Part shown: positions 45,271-57,541 of the stretch, piece by piece
Layout: each line of letters opens with the position of its first letter
Position numbering within the stretch: the first letter of the stretch is position 1
NCBI GenBank assembly: GCA_030390025.1
Contig: JASTWF010000338.1
Span: 186,001-250,000, forward strand
Source of the DNA: Squalus acanthias
Taxonomy: Eukaryota
Direction: 5' to 3'
Length of the DNA stretch: 64,000 nt
Notes under the pieces: model-generated
What the model was told of the DNA's origin: nothing
Seen by the model: the letters and a program-made list of their open reading frames with translations, nothing else
Databases searched by the model: none
Position numbers and translations under genes: made by a program

Positions 45271-45555
45271 TACGATAGCAAAATACTGCGGATGCTGGAA
45301 ATCCAAAATAATGACAGAAAATGCTGGAAAAACTCAGCAGGCCAGGCAGCATCCGTGGAGAGAGAAACAGAGTTAACGTTTCAGGTCGAAGACCTTTCAT
45401 CAGAACTGGAAAAAAGCAGGAAATGAAATAGATTTAAAGCAAAGATAAATTGGGAAAAGGGGGAGGGGATGAAAGAACAAAGGAGAGATTAAGAGACATT
45501 GAGAGACATTAAGAGATAATCAAGGCAAGAGGAGGGGTTAATGTGACAGGTTGAG
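45271..45555 (-). mobile_element. Penelope-like 3' UTR (left part; remainder at 54904-55254)
   Basis: 15-bp TSD TCACCACAACTCTCT at 45256-45270 and 55255-55269; contains a hammerhead core. Confidence 0.75.
45365..45410 (-). ncRNA. Minimal hammerhead ribozyme core (second Penelope family)
   Basis: Minus strand reads CTGATGA-aAGGTCttcGACCT-GAAAC-GTTAA. Confidence 0.75.
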
Positions 45556-45559
45556 GCTG

Positions 45560-46130
45560 TGTCGAAGTTTTACATGCCGAGTAGGACTCTTTTTTTAACA
45601 TAGAATCGTGTCAAAGAAGGCTTTTTAATAAAGTTTACTTGTTACAAGGGAAGGTTCTGACACAGTCAAGTTGCTATGTCAGAATGCTTCGAATCTTACA
45701 AGATTTGAACATACTTTATACAAAAAGAACACAGAACAGGCCATATGACATAGCATTAAACATCCTGATTAATGATGCACAAACTTGTGAGTTATTGCAT
45801 AGGTTTTCGTTATAATAACGAGCAGAAATTCCTTAAAGATCAGATAACCAGACCTTCCTTGTGGGATCCCTTTGTTCAATGTTCATTCTCTAATCTGTGG
45901 GTTGATGGCTTACCTTATCTCATCCTGAGCTGGTTAGAACTAATTGATGCCTTATTTTGCTAAGCTTTTCTTAGATAAGGAATTCTGAGTTGTCCCCATC
46001 CTTGTAGCTAATTAGAATGATTTACTTATTATGGTGACTCCTACTGTCGGCCATTTTGAATTCCTTTTTTAAAATTATTTTCTCAGAAAAGCCATTTTGT
46101 TTGTGTCTAGAAGTAAACTGCACTTCTACA
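45560..46130 (-). repeat. 3' LTR of the class I ERV
   Basis: Matches 54329-54899 with about 6 substitutions by eye. Preceded on the minus strand by PPT AAAAGGGGAAAA (46131-46142). Confidence 0.95.
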
Positions 46131-46485
46131 TTTTCCCCTTTTGTCCTTTCTAGGACAACATAGCTTTCTCCTAACGGTCCTTATACTAACTCAAAATCTA
46201 GTCAAGGATACCGACTTCTTTTCTGTTTGTAACCATCCCCGGGATATACCTGTATTGATGGTTGACCTTATCTAAGATCGTCCTTCTTCTCTGTCTATTC
46301 TCGGTGTTTGGGCGTATGTTCTTGTAGGGCTTTTAGTTGTGTTTTGGTGACTGTGGCGTACTTTTGTGGTTCATTAGTCTGCTGTTCTCTAACTTTTCCT
46401 GCAGCTTATACTAGCCTGCAGTTCGGGTGTTGCTATACACCCTCTAAGGAGATAGGGTACAGCAGTTCATAGAGGAGTTCTAAGT

Positions 46486-46661
46486 CATGGCCCACACAGT
46501 TTATGCCTAACCTGTGGGACTCTCCTAGGGAACTGCAGCTTATAGAGGAGGACTGATTCATGACCCACACAGTTTATACCTAACCTGTGGGGTTCTCCAA
46601 AGGAACTACAGCTGATTCATGACCCATACAGTTTATACCTAACCTGTGGGGTTCTCCAAAG
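46486..46661 (-). repeat. Three ~59-73-bp direct repeats in the ERV 3' UTR
   Basis: CATGACCCACACAGTTTATACCTAACCTGTGGGGTTCTCC at 46486, 46559 and 46618. Confidence 0.85.
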
Positions 46662-46860
46662 CACAAGTGCTTCTACGTGAGCCTCCAGAGTGCGGACCAA
46701 GTGGTATACAAGGTCGACGTCACCGGCAGTTGAAAGGAGTCCTCTCTCTTTCCCTAGCCTGCAGATCCCATTTGGGTGGAAGAATATGTTTACCGAAAGT
46801 GGGGAGCATGCAAAAATGTATATATATATATATGTATATTTTGTCTAGGTTGTCTAATCC

Positions 46861-48327
46861 TTAAAATTGCATTTTATTCAATCGCCTCAGTTCCTCCCCG
46901 AAGGGACCATACTTTTCTTCTTCGTCATTTATTTCTTTCTGTATCATCATACTTACTTCAGGTATGACTACCTTGCCTAACCTATTACAACAACACTTAA
47001 TCATTGTGACAACCAAAATGATACATGCAATCGCGGCTACTACTACTACTAATCCATGCAATAATACTTGTCCCATTGATCCCAACCATCCCCCTAATAT
47101 CCAATCAGCCCAGCCGCCTTTGGTCCTGGATTGATAGAGCAGGGCAACCTGTTTCTGAATATGGTCCGCTAAGTTGGTTATATTTTCAGAGCTATCTGGG
47201 ATATATGTGCAGCATTCTGCTCCGATCATGGCACATGTACCTCCCTGTGCAGCTAGTAGGTAATCTAGTGCCATTCTATTTTGTAGGGCGATGGTTCTCA
47301 GGGCTACCATTTCGGCGCTCACCTCCCTCAGGGATTTAACCGTGTCGTTAGCTACCCCCTCGATTAATGCTGACAGTAACAGTATTTCTTGGGAAGTAAA
47401 CGCTATTCCAGCAGGGGGAAACATAGCTCCAACTAACATCTTCCATGTGGGGAGTTCTCTTTTCTTACAGCTATGCTTATGGTGGTCTTTCAATTCCTTT
47501 ATGTGGTGTATGTATGGTACTACATACCCCAAATAGCATGATCCTGCCCAATTCTCTGGTAGCCAAGGGTATGCTCTGTGACCGCATATGAAGTACGTCC
47601 CGTTATAGGCTGTCACTATCTGTCCCGGTTGATCAGGGTTCACGTTGGTGCGGAAAACAGTAAAACCCATCTGATTGTCAGTATTCAATCATTTAGTCCC
47701 ATTCCATGGTCTGTTATTAGTCAAATTCATCAAACTGGTAGTATTGAACCACCAGCTTTCCATGGAACTTCCTGCCTCGTACGTAATAAACTTTTGTATG
47801 CAACGACTTTTTCCCACATTAACTCTGTTCCCTTTAGTCTGTCCTAGATCGCATTCCCAGCATATATCCCCGATCGGTCAGCCCTTTCCCGATGTATTGG
47901 TAAGGGCTAGAAAAGGAGGTTCTTTCGTATAATCATACGTCGGCTTGTACCATCCCTTAAAATTTTCTAACGAATATCCTCCACCCTTAAACTCGTTTCT
48001 TAGGCTAGACCACTTTTGTTCCCATATTTTTCCGAAGATGGATAGGGTGGTATTTTTCTGTTTCGTATGATTTTTATTAATTATCCATTCTGCCATATCT
48101 GTGAGGTTCAAGGGTATCGGTCGCAGGGGTATTCCTCCTTTCACATGGGTAGGAATATGGCTACATACCCAACAGGCGTTTATCCCACTTTTTTTGGCAT
48201 ACTTATATGACATATACAAAAAGGTGTTCATATGTAATTCTCGTTTCTTTCGGGGTTCTTTTCTTCTCCCTTGGCAGGCTATACATATCAGTCCGATTAG
48301 TAGGTAAAACATAAATAACAGCTTCAT
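46861..48327 (-). pseudogene. env: Gamma-type env with two in-frame TGA stops (47878-47880, 47689-47691)
   Basis: Signal peptide, CWVC (CXXC), ISD LQNRMALDYLLAAQGG, CX6CC and TM. Both ORF pieces are in the same frame. Confidence 0.92.
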
Positions 48328-48352
48328 TATTTAAGTCTTTTCAAATTCAAAT

Positions 48353-51300
48353 TCAACTGTCCTTATCTGATACTTTCTTGCAATGGGATGCGTGGATCCA
48401 GGTAGGTCTTTCCTTGACTTTTACAGCTGTATTTGTTGTCAAGAGTACTTGATATGGCCCTTCAAAGCGTGGCTGCAGACCGTTCTTCCTCTTAAAGACC
48501 TTTATGTAGACGTCATCTCCTGGTTCCAAATTATGGCACTTTCCTTCGGCCGGTTCCGTTTGAGCTTCCTTTACCTGTTGGTGAAAGCTGGAAATACATC
48601 TAGTTAATGCAATGCAATAGTTTAGCATATTTTCATCCATTTTATGAATATCCATTTGTTTAACCGTAAAGGGTGCTGAGAATGGCAGTCTTTGGGGTCT
48701 TCCCATAACAATCTCATGTGGCGACAGTCCAGTTGTCCTGTTAGTTGCTGCTCGCATTACCATCAATGCTAAGGGTAACAGTTCAACCCATTTTAGTCCA
48801 GTTTCATTGCAAAGTTTAGAAAGTTTATTCTTCAGTACTCCGTTATATCTTTCTACCAGCCCTGCAGATTGTGGATGATAACTGCAGTGAAAATGCTGAT
48901 TAATCTGCAAGGCTTTACATAGTTCTTTAACGATCATTCCAGTAAAGTGCGATCCATTGTCGCATGAGAGCTGCATAGGTATTCCAAACCTTGGTATGAT
49001 TTCTTTTAGCAAACACTTCGCAACTGTTACAGCATCATTCTTTTTACATGGAAAAGCTTCCACCCATCTTGAGAATGTGTCTATAATTACCAACACGTAT
49101 TTGAATCCTAAACATACAGGTAATTCAATAAAATCCATTTGCAAATTTACAAAAGGGCCTGATGGATTTGGGTGGGAGGCAGACTGTACTTTCTCTGTCT
49201 TGCCTAGATTCATTTCCTGGCAAGTGGTGCACCTTTCACTAATTTGTTTTGCAATTGCCGAAATACCTGGTGCATACCATGTTTGATTAATATAGTCTGC
49301 CATCCCCCCTTTGCCCGCATGCTTGAAAACATGAACGCAGCGGGCAATCCACGGGAGCAGAGATTTCGGGGCTACCATGTGGCCGTCATGGTGAACCCAT
49401 ATCCCTTCAGGCGTTTTAAAGCACGAATCCCTTGCCCAACTTAACACTTCGTCCGAGTTAGCCTGTGACTGAAAGGTCAAAACATCATTAATAGAAGGTG
49501 GGTCATTTTGTTGATGCAAAACAAATGCTGAGACTTGTGGCCCTGTATCTGACAGAGCGGCTGATTTAGCAGCTTTATCTGATCGATCGTTACCCAGGGA
49601 GATCTGATCCTGACTCCCGGTATGAGCCTGACATTTGATGACTGAAATTTTTGTGGGACACGCTAGGGCTTTTCAAAGGATACTAATTTGTTCAGCATTT
49701 TTAACAGTTGTTCCTGATGAAGTTAGAAACCCCCTTAATTTCCAGATCTGTCCGTAATCATGAGCAACCCCGAAGGCGTATCTGGAGTCGGTATAGATAT
49801 TAACGGTTCGACCAGCAGCTAGTATGCAAGCCCTTGTAAGAGCGAAAAGTTCTGCTTGTTGCGCTGAAAAAGACTGAGGTAATGAGAGAGCTTCCACAAT
49901 TGAATGATCATCTGAAATGGCATATCCAGCCCTAGGTGATCCCCTGTCATCCCTAAGAGCTGACCCGTCCACGTAGTATATTAAGGCACTATTAAAAATA
50001 GGAGTTTCAGATAGATCTGTTCGGGCCTTGGTAGCTAATTGGGTAACCGTCTCACAGCAATGTGGAATTCCGTCTTCTTCTGTTGGCAGCAGCGTGGCTG
50101 GATTCAAAACTGAACACCTTTGAATTAGGAGGTTGGAATTAGATAGCAATGCAACCTCATATTTACTGCTACGGGCTGATGTCAGACGTTGGGTGGCGTA
50201 TTTTGTCAGTAGTACTTCAACTGAATGTGGCACAAATAAAACTGTTCGCTGATTAAGTGTGATGCCTTGAGCCTGTTCCACTGCGTAATAGGCAGCGGCT
50301 AGAATTGGCAAGCACCCAGGCAAACCGCGTGCAACGCGATCTAATTGAGTACTGAAATACGCTAATGGTCTCTGTTTATCCCCATGGATTTGAGTCAGAA
50401 CAGATTGAGCAAAGCCCGCTTTATGATGGACGAAAAGGTTAAACTGCTTCTGATAGTCTGGTAGCCCTAATGCTGGGGCTGATATAAGGGCTTGTTTAAC
50501 ATTTTCAAAGGCATCTTCAGCCTTTTCGTCCCAGGCGAGAGGATCTTCCGCTGTGGGTGCGGAAATATCCAGCAGTGGGCGTACCAGGTCAGAATATCCC
50601 ACTATCCACTGTCCACAGTATCCTGACATGCCGAGAAAATGTTTCAACTGCTGTTTAGTGCTAGGCAAAGGTGCCTCACAAATGGCTTTAACTCTTTCTT
50701 GCATCAAACGGCGGCTATTGCCATGGAGCTCATGTCCCAAATATTGTACTTTCTCTGACACAAACTGCAGCTTAGAACGTGATACTTTATGTCCTTTTGC
50801 CGCTAAGGCACGTAGCATAATGAGCGAGTCGGTCTGGCATGATTGTACATCGGGTGAAGCTATCAGTAAATCATCGACATATTGGATAAGTGTGGATCCT
50901 CCGGTAAAGTGTATGTCTTCTAAATCACGTTTAAGGCTTTGCGAAAAGATTGTGGGGCTTTCTGTGTAACCCTGCGGGAGTCTTGTCCAAGTGAACTGTG
51001 TTCCTTTAAATGTAAAGACGAAGAGGAACTGTGAATTTTGAGGGATAGGGATACTAAAGAAGGCTGAGCATAAGTCAATGACAGTGTAGAATTTCGATCC
51101 AGAGGGAATGCTAGTCAGGATCGTGGCAGGATTTGGCACAACTGGGTAAACGGGTAATACTGATTCGTTCACTGCCCTTAGATCCTGCACAAGTCTCCAC
51201 TTCCCACGCTCTTTCTTCTCGACCGGAAAAATCGGAGTGTTACATTGGCTCTGGGTTGGAACAATTATTCCTTGCTCCAACAAAGAGTTAATGACAGGCT

Positions 51301-51922
51301 GGATTCCTTGTTCGGCTGCTGTTGAGATCGGGTACTGCGGTCTACGGGGCAATCTGACAGATGGTTTTAATGTAACCTTGTATGGCTGAGCAGTTAACAT
51401 TTTTCCAACCTCGTTTGAATGGCTAGACCGTACTTGTGGTGGAATTTGATCGAGTAGTTGCTCTGTTTCCCGTGAGGTGTTGGCAATTGGAGGGGCGCAT
51501 TCCTGCAAAGGATACATAGTGCATCTATCAGTAGGGATGTACACCTGTAGTCCTTTTTCTGAACAAATTATTGTAGCTTGCATTTTGCACAGCAAATCTC
51601 TCCCTAAAAGGTTCATAGGGGCATCGTCTGACAGAAGAAAAGCGTGCTGGCCAGAAAAATTGTCTGCTTGTATTTCTAATGGCTGTGACCACGTCATAGT
51701 CTGCGAGACGCCGGAAAGTCCTACACATGTAGCGCTCTTCTCTGTACACGGAGTTCCCTTAGCGTATTGCTTTGTTAATAGCGAGCTTGTGGCTCCTGTG
51801 TCAACAAGAAAAGGAACTCTCTTGCCCTGCATTTCTATGGATAAATATGGCTCATCTCTAGAATTTACTGATACTGAAGGTAATTGTAAAATGTGGGTAA
51901 CGTTCGGGGCTGTTTCACTGCG
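48353..51922 (-). pseudogene. pol: pol (PR-RT-tether-RNase H-IN) with one in-frame TGA at 49673-49675
   Basis: LVDTGA, LPQG, YVDD, YVDGS, QMDF..DNG..VERYN and GPY. The frame continues through the stop ([21 protein letters not shown]) and is in frame with gag after TGA-CGC. Confidence 0.93.
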
Positions 51923-53587
51923 TCATGCTGAATAATTTTGTCCTGAGGGTCTGAATTGCCCCTCCATATATTGATTTCCCCAAGGGTTCCCTGTTGTAAA
52001 ACCTGCCTGCGGACGAGTGTGAACCTGGGCTTGGGTATTTACATTGTTTTCTGCACCTCCCCAGCTTTGATTTTGCTGGTTGGGGAACGGGCAGTTAGCC
52101 TTCCAGTGTCCAATCTGACCACAATTATAACATGGAGAGTTTGTACCTCCTCCATTCCACTGGCCTCTGCCAGTCCCACCCCTATTTCTTCCTCTAAATC
52201 TCCCTTTGTTATACCCTCTGCCTCGTCCTCTGTAATGACCTTGATAATAAATAGTAGTCTGGTCAGTCGGGGCTGCAGAAGCTGCTTGCTCCATTAAGAG
52301 GGAAACCTTGTTCTTTTGATCTCTATTTCTCTCCTGAATTTCTTTCAACATTTGTGTTAGTTCAGGAGTTGATTTATGCCTCCAATCTAGGCAGACCAAA
52401 GTCAATGGTTCCTTAAGTTCTGTTCTGAGACCATTTACGAGGGCATTGACTAAAGGAACCTGATAATTTTCTTTGGTCATTCCAGAATGTTGTCCCATAA
52501 TTGCTTCTATCCTTTCTATATAATCCTCAACATCTTCGTCCTTTTTCTGAGTTGTCTCAATTATTTTTGTCCAATTAGTTCTATTTGGGAATTTAACATG
52601 CATTACTCGATACAATTCAGTCCAGAATGGTTCGTTTGGTAGTGTTTCTGGATTCCAGTCCTGGTCTGTTCTATGATTTTCAATTAATCTGAATTTATCT
52701 TCGCCTTCTGTTAAAAGGCGGTATTTGGAATCCTTTAACCAAGCTCTGAGTAGCTGGTCAACGTCCACAATAGTGGGCTGGTGGCAAATAATGACGCTTT
52801 TCAGCTCACCAATCGCTTTTTCTAAATCCTCTAAGGGGTCTGGTAGTTCGTGGATTATTGTCCGTAGCTCGGACGCTGTCCATGGGCGATGGACAACAAC
52901 TGGAGCTCTGTTTGGCACGTGGACGTTGGGGAAACGTCTGAGCGGATGGATAGAGACATCTTCTTGGCCCTGTACTTGATCTGGCTGATGTGCATCCTGG
53001 GATCTGGTATGCTGACTGACGTGATCTGGGTTGGGCCCCGGATTTCCATTTTGGGTTTCGGGTACTCCACTAACCGCTGCAACCTGTTGTTGCCCTGCAT
53101 ATGCGGGAGGTGGAGTTGGTCTTCCGTACCATCCCTGATCCTCGTCATCACTTGAGTGAGGCGTGGGTAAAGGAGGGTAAACGGAGGTAGGAGCGGTAGG
53201 CTTCAGGGTTTGTCTTAAAGCCATTTGTCTGACTTCATCTGGTTTAGCCAATTTATTCACTGGGTCTTTTCTCTTATTTTTAATGTCAGATCTACTGGCT
53301 TGTATACTACGGTCCTTATGCCTTTCTGCTTCCTTTTTCCAGTCTGAAAAGGCTGACCAATTTACTGACTTTTTACCTTTTCTTTGTGGGTCTCTATTTG
53401 TGAGACAGTCCTCCAGACATGTAATTCTATCCACGTTAAAGGTTCCGTCAATGGGGAACGGGTGTCTGCCATTCTTGGTCCATTTAGACCAATGAGGCAA
53501 ATCCTTTGTGGACATCCAACCACAGTTCTGGAAGATGTAAGAGGCTGGAGTTCCTTTTTCTGGGATTTTACTTTGTGAAGCTCCCAT
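51923..53587 (-). CDS. gag: Gag (554 aa), intact ORF
   Basis: Myristoylation start MGASQS; PTAP, YPPL and PPAY late domains; MHR-like QKKDEDVEDYIER; CYNCGQIGHWKANC. Confidence 0.93.
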   Translation of the reverse strand: MGASQSKIPEKGTPASYIFQNCGWMSTKDLPHWSKWTKNGRHPFPIDGTFNVDRITCLEDCLTNRDPQRKGKKSVNWSAFSDWKKEAERHKDRSIQASRSDIKNKRKDPVNKLAKPDEVRQMALRQTLKPTAPTSVYPPLPTPHSSDDEDQGWYGRPTPPPAYAGQQQVAAVSGVPETQNGNPGPNPDHVSQHTRSQDAHQPDQVQGQEDVSIHPLRRFPNVHVPNRAPVVVHRPWTASELRTIIHELPDPLEDLEKAIGELKSVIICHQPTIVDVDQLLRAWLKDSKYRLLTEGEDKFRLIENHRTDQDWNPETLPNEPFWTELYRVMHVKFPNRTNWTKIIETTQKKDEDVEDYIERIEAIMGQHSGMTKENYQVPLVNALVNGLRTELKEPLTLVCLDWRHKSTPELTQMLKEIQERNRDQKNKVSLLMEQAASAAPTDQTTIYYQGHYRGRGRGYNKGRFRGRNRGGTGRGQWNGGGTNSPCYNCGQIGHWKANCPFPNQQNQSWGGAENNVNTQAQVHTRPQAGFTTGNPWGNQYMEGQFRPSGQNYSA

Positions 53588-54282
53588 CTTAGTAAAGTTT
53601 AATTATACTAGGCACTCTTCTTCCGGATCGCAAATTTCACCCTTTACCCCTTTACGATTATTATTAACCCTTCGGAGCTCCACAAGTGACAAACAATAAC
53701 AAGAATTAACAACAATAAAGACAATGATAAGTAACGCAAAAGCCCAAACAGGCAAACAAATCAAGTAATCAGACATTAATCTTATACTTTAAACTAAACA
53801 AATAGTCAATTCTCAGCCTGCGTTGAACGCCACTACAAACTGAGTCCTTAACATTTAACTTATGCTTTATACATAACTTATATTCTAAGTGAAGGCTTCT
53901 CTCTAAACCTTTCTGCTGTGAGACTCTTTTCTCCGGCTCAAGGGACCCACCCTTGATACTGCAGTTGTAACCTTTTAGCGCTTTTTCACAACCTGGTACC
54001 TTTATTAGTCTGGGACGCAACCCTGCCAACTCTCTTTCTTGCCTTCTTTGCCCGATAGTTTTGAGACTTGAGCCGTCAGAATTCTTCTCCTTTTAACGTT
54101 AAAATAAAAGAAGCAAAAGTTACAAGATTCAACTCAATTCTAAAACAGGATCGCAGTGCTCCTGTCGGAAGAAACAGACTTACACCAATTCAGTATCAAG
54201 TGAGAAATCCTTTTAGGTGATAAAACATCACTTTGGCCATTTAGGATTTGTCACTAGAAATTCATAGTGTCCTTTGTCCGTT

Positions 54283-54290
54283 ACTTACCG
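54283..54290 (-). promoter_or_regulatory. Putative major splice donor
   Basis: CG|GTAAGT just downstream of the PBS. Confidence 0.6.
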
Positions 54291-54304
54291 AGAGGTAGCA
54301 AGCG

Positions 54305-54322
54305 ATCTCGGTGGAACCTCCA
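54305..54322 (-). promoter_or_regulatory. Primer-binding site, tRNA-Gln
   Basis: TGGAGGTTCCACCGAGAT is the complement of the vertebrate tRNA-Gln 3' end. Confidence 0.9.
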
Positions 54323-54328
54323 AGAAAC

Positions 54329-54899
54329 TGTTGAAGTTTTACATGCCGAGTAGGACTCTTTTTTTAACATAGAATCGTGTCAAAGAAGGCTTTTTAATAA
54401 AGTTTACTTGTTACAAGGGAAGGTTCTGACACAGTCAAGTTGCTATGTCAGAATGCTTCGAATCTTACAAGATTTGAACATACTTTATACAAAAAGAACA
54501 CAGAACAGGCCATATGACATAGCATTAAACATACTGATTAATGATGCACAAACTTGTGAGTTATTGCATAGGTTTTCGTTATAATAACGAGCAGAAATTC
54601 CTTAAAGATCAGATAACCAGACCTTCCTTGTAGGATCCCTTTGTTCAATGTTCATTCTCTAATCTGTGGGTTGATGGCTTACCTTATCTCATCCTGAGCT
54701 GGTGAGAACTAATTGATGCCTTATTTTGCTAAGCTTTTCTTAGATAAGGAATTCTGAGTTGTCCCCATCCTTGTAGCTAATTAGAATGATTTACTTATTA
54801 TGGTGACTCCTACTGTCGGCCATTTTGAATTCCCTTTTTAAAATTCTTTTCTCAGAAAAGCCATTTTGTTTGTGTCTAGAAGTAAACTGCACTTCTACA
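54329..54899 (-). repeat. 5' LTR of the class I ERV (571 bp)
   Basis: Direct repeat of 45560-46130 with TGT...ACA ends. Confidence 0.95.
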
Positions 54900-54903
54900 G
54901 CTG

Positions 54904-55254
54904 AAAGAAGTGTGAAATGCACTGGCAGAATGAAGGACAGCTGCCAGCTTCTGGGAGGGAAATAAAAAGGGGGGGCCAAACAAAAGGGTGGATGAAAAAA
55001 TAAAATATAAATGTGATAGGGGCTGAGGTTATGATCTAAAATTGTTGAACTCGATATTGAGTCCAGAGGGCTGTAGGGTGCCTAAACGAAAGATGAGGTG
55101 CTGTTCCTCGAGCTTACGCTGAGCTTCCGTGGAACAGTGTAATAGGCCGAGGACGGTGAGGTCAGAGTGGGAGTGGAGCGGAGAATTAAAGTGACAGGCC
55201 ACCGGGAGCTCGGGGTCCCCCTTACGGACTGAACGGAGGTGTTCCGCAAAGCGG
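54904..55254 (-). mobile_element. Penelope-like GIY-YIG C-terminal fragment
   Basis: Minus strand encodes EAQRKLEEQHLIFRLGTLQPSGLNIEFNNF. Confidence 0.8.
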
Positions 55255-55712
55255 TCACCACAACTCTCTGTTTACTATCCCTTAGCCAATTTCGTACCCA
55301 TGTTGCTACTGCCCCTTTTATCCCATGGGCTTCAATTTTGCTAACAAGCCTAGTAAGTGATACTTTATCAAATGCCTTTTGAAAGTCCATATACACAACC
55401 TCAACTACACTGCCCTCATCCACCCTCTCTGTTAACTCATCAAAAACTCAAATCAAGTTAGTCAAACATGATTTGCCCTTAACAAATCCGTGCTGGCTCT
55501 CCTTTATTAGTCCATACTTGTCCAAGTGGCTGTTAATTTTCTCCCAGATTATTGATTCTAAAAGCTTCCCCATCACCAACGTTAAACTGGCTGGCCTGTA
55601 ATTTCCAGATTTATCCTTCTCCCCGTTTTTGAACAAGGGTGTAAAATTTGCAATCCTCCAGTCCTTTGGAACCACCCCTGTATCTAAGGAGGATTGGACG
55701 ATTGTGGCCAGC
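55255..55712 (-). mobile_element. CR1 RT fragment (continuation of 43620-45270)
   Basis: NYRPASLT, SQHGFVKGKSCLTN, YMDFQKAFDKV. Confidence 0.85.
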
Positions 55713-56189
55713 ACCTGGGAAGTATATGAATGTGTCATTCAAAGTCAGTATAGTCAGGAGCCCACTGTTTGCTGCCACGTTTGTGCCAGCTCATTTTACT
55801 TTTGTCACTAAGAGACAGAAAGACATTTTGTCAGTGCTTGTTTGATGAACACGTTTGATTTTGTGTCTTGTGGAAATATTTGAGACGTGTTTTACTGAAG
55901 GGGGAAAAAACAGCTTTCAGAAATTATATTAAAATCTACCTCCTGTTCCAAAAAGATCTTTAAACTTCTTGATAAATACATTCCTGTTTGGCTATTAAAG
56001 GAGAGGCTTGATACAGTCCCATCATTAAATTACCTCAGCAATAATACGCAGAATTAGTGATGTGTGTCAGGAAATTGAAGTCCTTTTGCTTCATACGTTG
56101 ACTTCTCAGGAATTTATGTTAAGTTGATTTTTCTTTTTGGCCTGTTATGGGTAAATTAATGTGTCCTATGAAATACAGGAATGTGACCT

Positions 56190-56570
56190 GTGGACATAAC
56201 ATAATTGAAGGCCATGGGATTAAAGGGACAGTGGCAGCATGGAAACTGAAATTGTCTAAGGGACAGAAAGCAGAGAGAAGTGGTGAAGGGTTGTTTTCCA
56301 GTGATGTCCCCCTGGGGTGGGGATTCGGACCACTGCTCTCTTTGATATATTTTTTCACCTGGAATTGGATATACACGGCATGATTTCATATTTTGCATTT
56401 GTCAGGAAACTCAGAAAAGTAGTAAAGAGAGAGGAGGATAGTAGCTGACTTCAGGAGGATTAAGACAGACTGGTGAAATGGGCCGACACACGGAAGATGA
56501 AAATTAACACAGAGAAGTGTGAAGTGATGCATTTTGGAAGGAAGAATGAGGAGAGGCAATATAAACTAAA
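56190..56570 (+). mobile_element. Degraded CR1 RT fragment
   Basis: IEGHGIKGTVAAW and EKCEVMHFGRKN. Confidence 0.7.
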
Positions 56571-57541
56571 GTTTGACAGCTCCATTTTTGTTACATGACT
56601 GAAGAGCACTTTAACAATTTACAACTGTAAAAATCAGCTCCACGTATTGCTCTGAAATGCAGACTCTGTAAATGTCGGGATGGACAATTGGAATTTGGCT
56701 TCAGATCTGCCTTTGGAGGTCGGCTTTACTTCAGTGAACTTTGGGTGGTCCAGATCTTACCGAAATTTACAATGACCCTGTTTTTGAGAGAGGTACCGAG
56801 CTGATTTTACTACTTTGCAATAGGAGACACGCAAGTCACCTCTTAGCCCCTCTTCTCAGTAACACTTACATGGGGCTTTTGCAAGAAATAGCTGTTAGAT
56901 TCAAAGACGGATTTTAATTCTCAGAACAGAGACTGACAACATGCAGCCGGGAACAGATAGCAGAAGTGCCAGCAATGTTGAATATCAAGCATCAAAAGAC
57001 AAATAGAAGTGATAAGGGAATCGTACAATGCAAAACAACACAGGGTGGTGGGATAATAAACAAAAATGGAGCCGAAAAGTCATAAAATGTCCTTAAAGAA
57101 ACATAACAAAACATTCCTCAGAAAGATAAGAGGGAGGCCTTGTCAGTCATGCAGAAAGGGACGGCGAGGGATGCCTTCCCACTTCACAATTGGACAATAG
57201 GATGGGGATCAAATGATTGACACCAGGTGATTACCAGCCCACTGAAATAACTATAAATATAGGCGACCGAGAGAGGAAATCAGGCAGTTAGGGGCGAAGG
57301 CTTCCCCGAGGTGGCGACAGCCTAACACCTCCAACAGCTCGAGGAATGACCCAACGGAAGTGACCGCTGCAGCAGACTGCAGGAATCCACCCAATCCGAG
57401 ACCACCGTACTGCCTCCCCGACCGTCCGATCGTGGCATTCCGCTCCGAGAGTCGTAGATTGCTCTCTACTGTCACGGGTTGTATGTCTATTATACTCGGC
57501 TTAAACCATATGTAATATCTGATTATGCTTTAAAACTGTAG

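Larger units (their letters stand above)
45560..54899 (-). mobile_element. Full-length class I (epsilon/gamma-like) endogenous retrovirus, 9340 bp, defective
   Basis: 571-bp LTRs; GCTG TSD (45556-45559, 54900-54903); Gln PBS; PPT; gag-pol-env order. Confidence 0.93.

Noticed and set aside
53769..54029. Leader ORF of the class I ERV as an epsilonretrovirus-style accessory gene
   Set aside because: Non-ATG start, 86 aa and no recognisable similarity.
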